Origin: a virus
Taxonomy: Duplodnaviria; Caudoviricetes
IMG/VR virus record: IMGVR_UViG_3300027777_000047
Coordinates: 1 to 54,432 of that record
Length of the DNA stretch: 54,432 bases
Reading direction: 5' to 3' (one strand)
Positions 53,823 through 54,432 of this stretch are shown piece by piece; positions within the stretch are counted from its first letter, which is position 1, and each line of letters starts with the position of its first letter. The notes under the pieces were generated by a model. It made no database searches. It was not told where the DNA came from and worked only from the letters and a program-made list of their open reading frames with translations. Both the position numbers and the translations under genes were made by a program.

Positions 53823-54432
53823 TTATCCTACGAGTAAACGGCGACTTGTGCCGCCAGAATCAGTAATGGTGATGTAGCCTGCAACTGCAAGCAAAGCACT
53901 TGCCGTGTATGTGCCAAATCTAATTGTTCCTGCACCTTTAGGTAATAAAGACAAAGTAACGTCTGTATCTGAACCTTGAGCAGAAATAGCAACTACTTTG
54001 CTTGCTGTTGTAGCACCCGTCACCTGTACATAGTTAACAGCGGAGGCTGTGTGGGATACAAGAAATTGGTTAGCTCCAGAACTAGAGCCAATAGTTGCAG
54101 AAGTATTAAATAAAATACTGTTTGCGTTGTTGTAAATTGCCGTAACACCGCCAGAGGCATCCAAAAAAATGCGCGAACTTCTAGTGGCGGTTCCAGTATC
54201 TCGCAACAACGTCAAACCAGCATTAGCTGCTGATGCAGCAATATTTACCGTTGTTGCGGTAACAGTCGTAAACGTACCAGCAGCAGCAGCAGTGCCACCA
54301 ATAGCAGGTGGGCTTGCAAGATAAGTGCTAAACCCTGTACCACTAACCGTGGATGATGCGCTAAGAGTTGTAAATGCACCTGTGCTTGCCGCCGTAGAGC
54401 CAATTGCTGGTGGGCTAGAAAGGTCAAGCGTA
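53823..54432 (-). CDS. Tail fibre protein C-terminal part, allele B (enters from the right end)
   Basis: Open frame ...TLDLSSPPAIG...TFTTVTATTVNIAASAANAGLTLLRDTG...AVAGYITITDSGGTSRRLLVG*; same flanks as allele A. Confidence 0.85.
   Translation of the reverse strand, partial: TLDLSSPPAIGSTAASTGAFTTLSASSTVSGTGFSTYLASPPAIGGTAAAAGTFTTVTATTVNIAASAANAGLTLLRDTGTATRSSRIFLDASGGVTAIYNNANSILFNTSATIGSSSGANQFLVSHTASAVNYVQVTGATTASKVVAISAQGSDTDVTLSLLPKGAGTIRFGTYTASALLAVAGYITITDSGGTSRRLLVG

Overview
The window is an essentially complete (~53.9 kb) genome of a tailed dsDNA phage with podovirus-like architecture: P22 gp4/gp10-like tail genes, ejection proteins, no tape measure and no integrase. Small-gene motifs suggest a betaproteobacterial host (inference). 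The minus strand carries terS, a GIY-YIG endonuclease, terL, portal, scaffold, major capsid protein, a methyltransferase-GT9 fusion, tail genes, ejection proteins, a PurD-like ATP-grasp ligase, an SLT/HExxH protein, an AT-rich tailspike island and lysis genes. The plus strand carries early genes, primase-helicase, an SSB-like protein, family A DNA polymerase, nucleases, an SNF2 helicase and a thymidine-modification cluster (GT-A glycosyltransferase, 5-hmdU DNA kinase-like protein, dUMP hydroxymethylase-type thymidylate synthase homologue, DUF3310). Main observations: (1) the dinucleotide 5'-TC/GA-3' is strongly avoided across core genes; (2) the same dinucleotide is concentrated in 5-bp-phased non-coding arrays at the strand-switch region. 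Together with the modification cluster, these suggest a context-specific glycosylated-thymine system that may double as a DNA signal (hypothesis). (3) A palindromic TATAGC-N2-GCTATA promoter element recurs six times; (4) the two contig ends carry two different in-frame alleles of the tail-fibre tip. All counts are manual, and family assignments come from motif recognition, not database searches.
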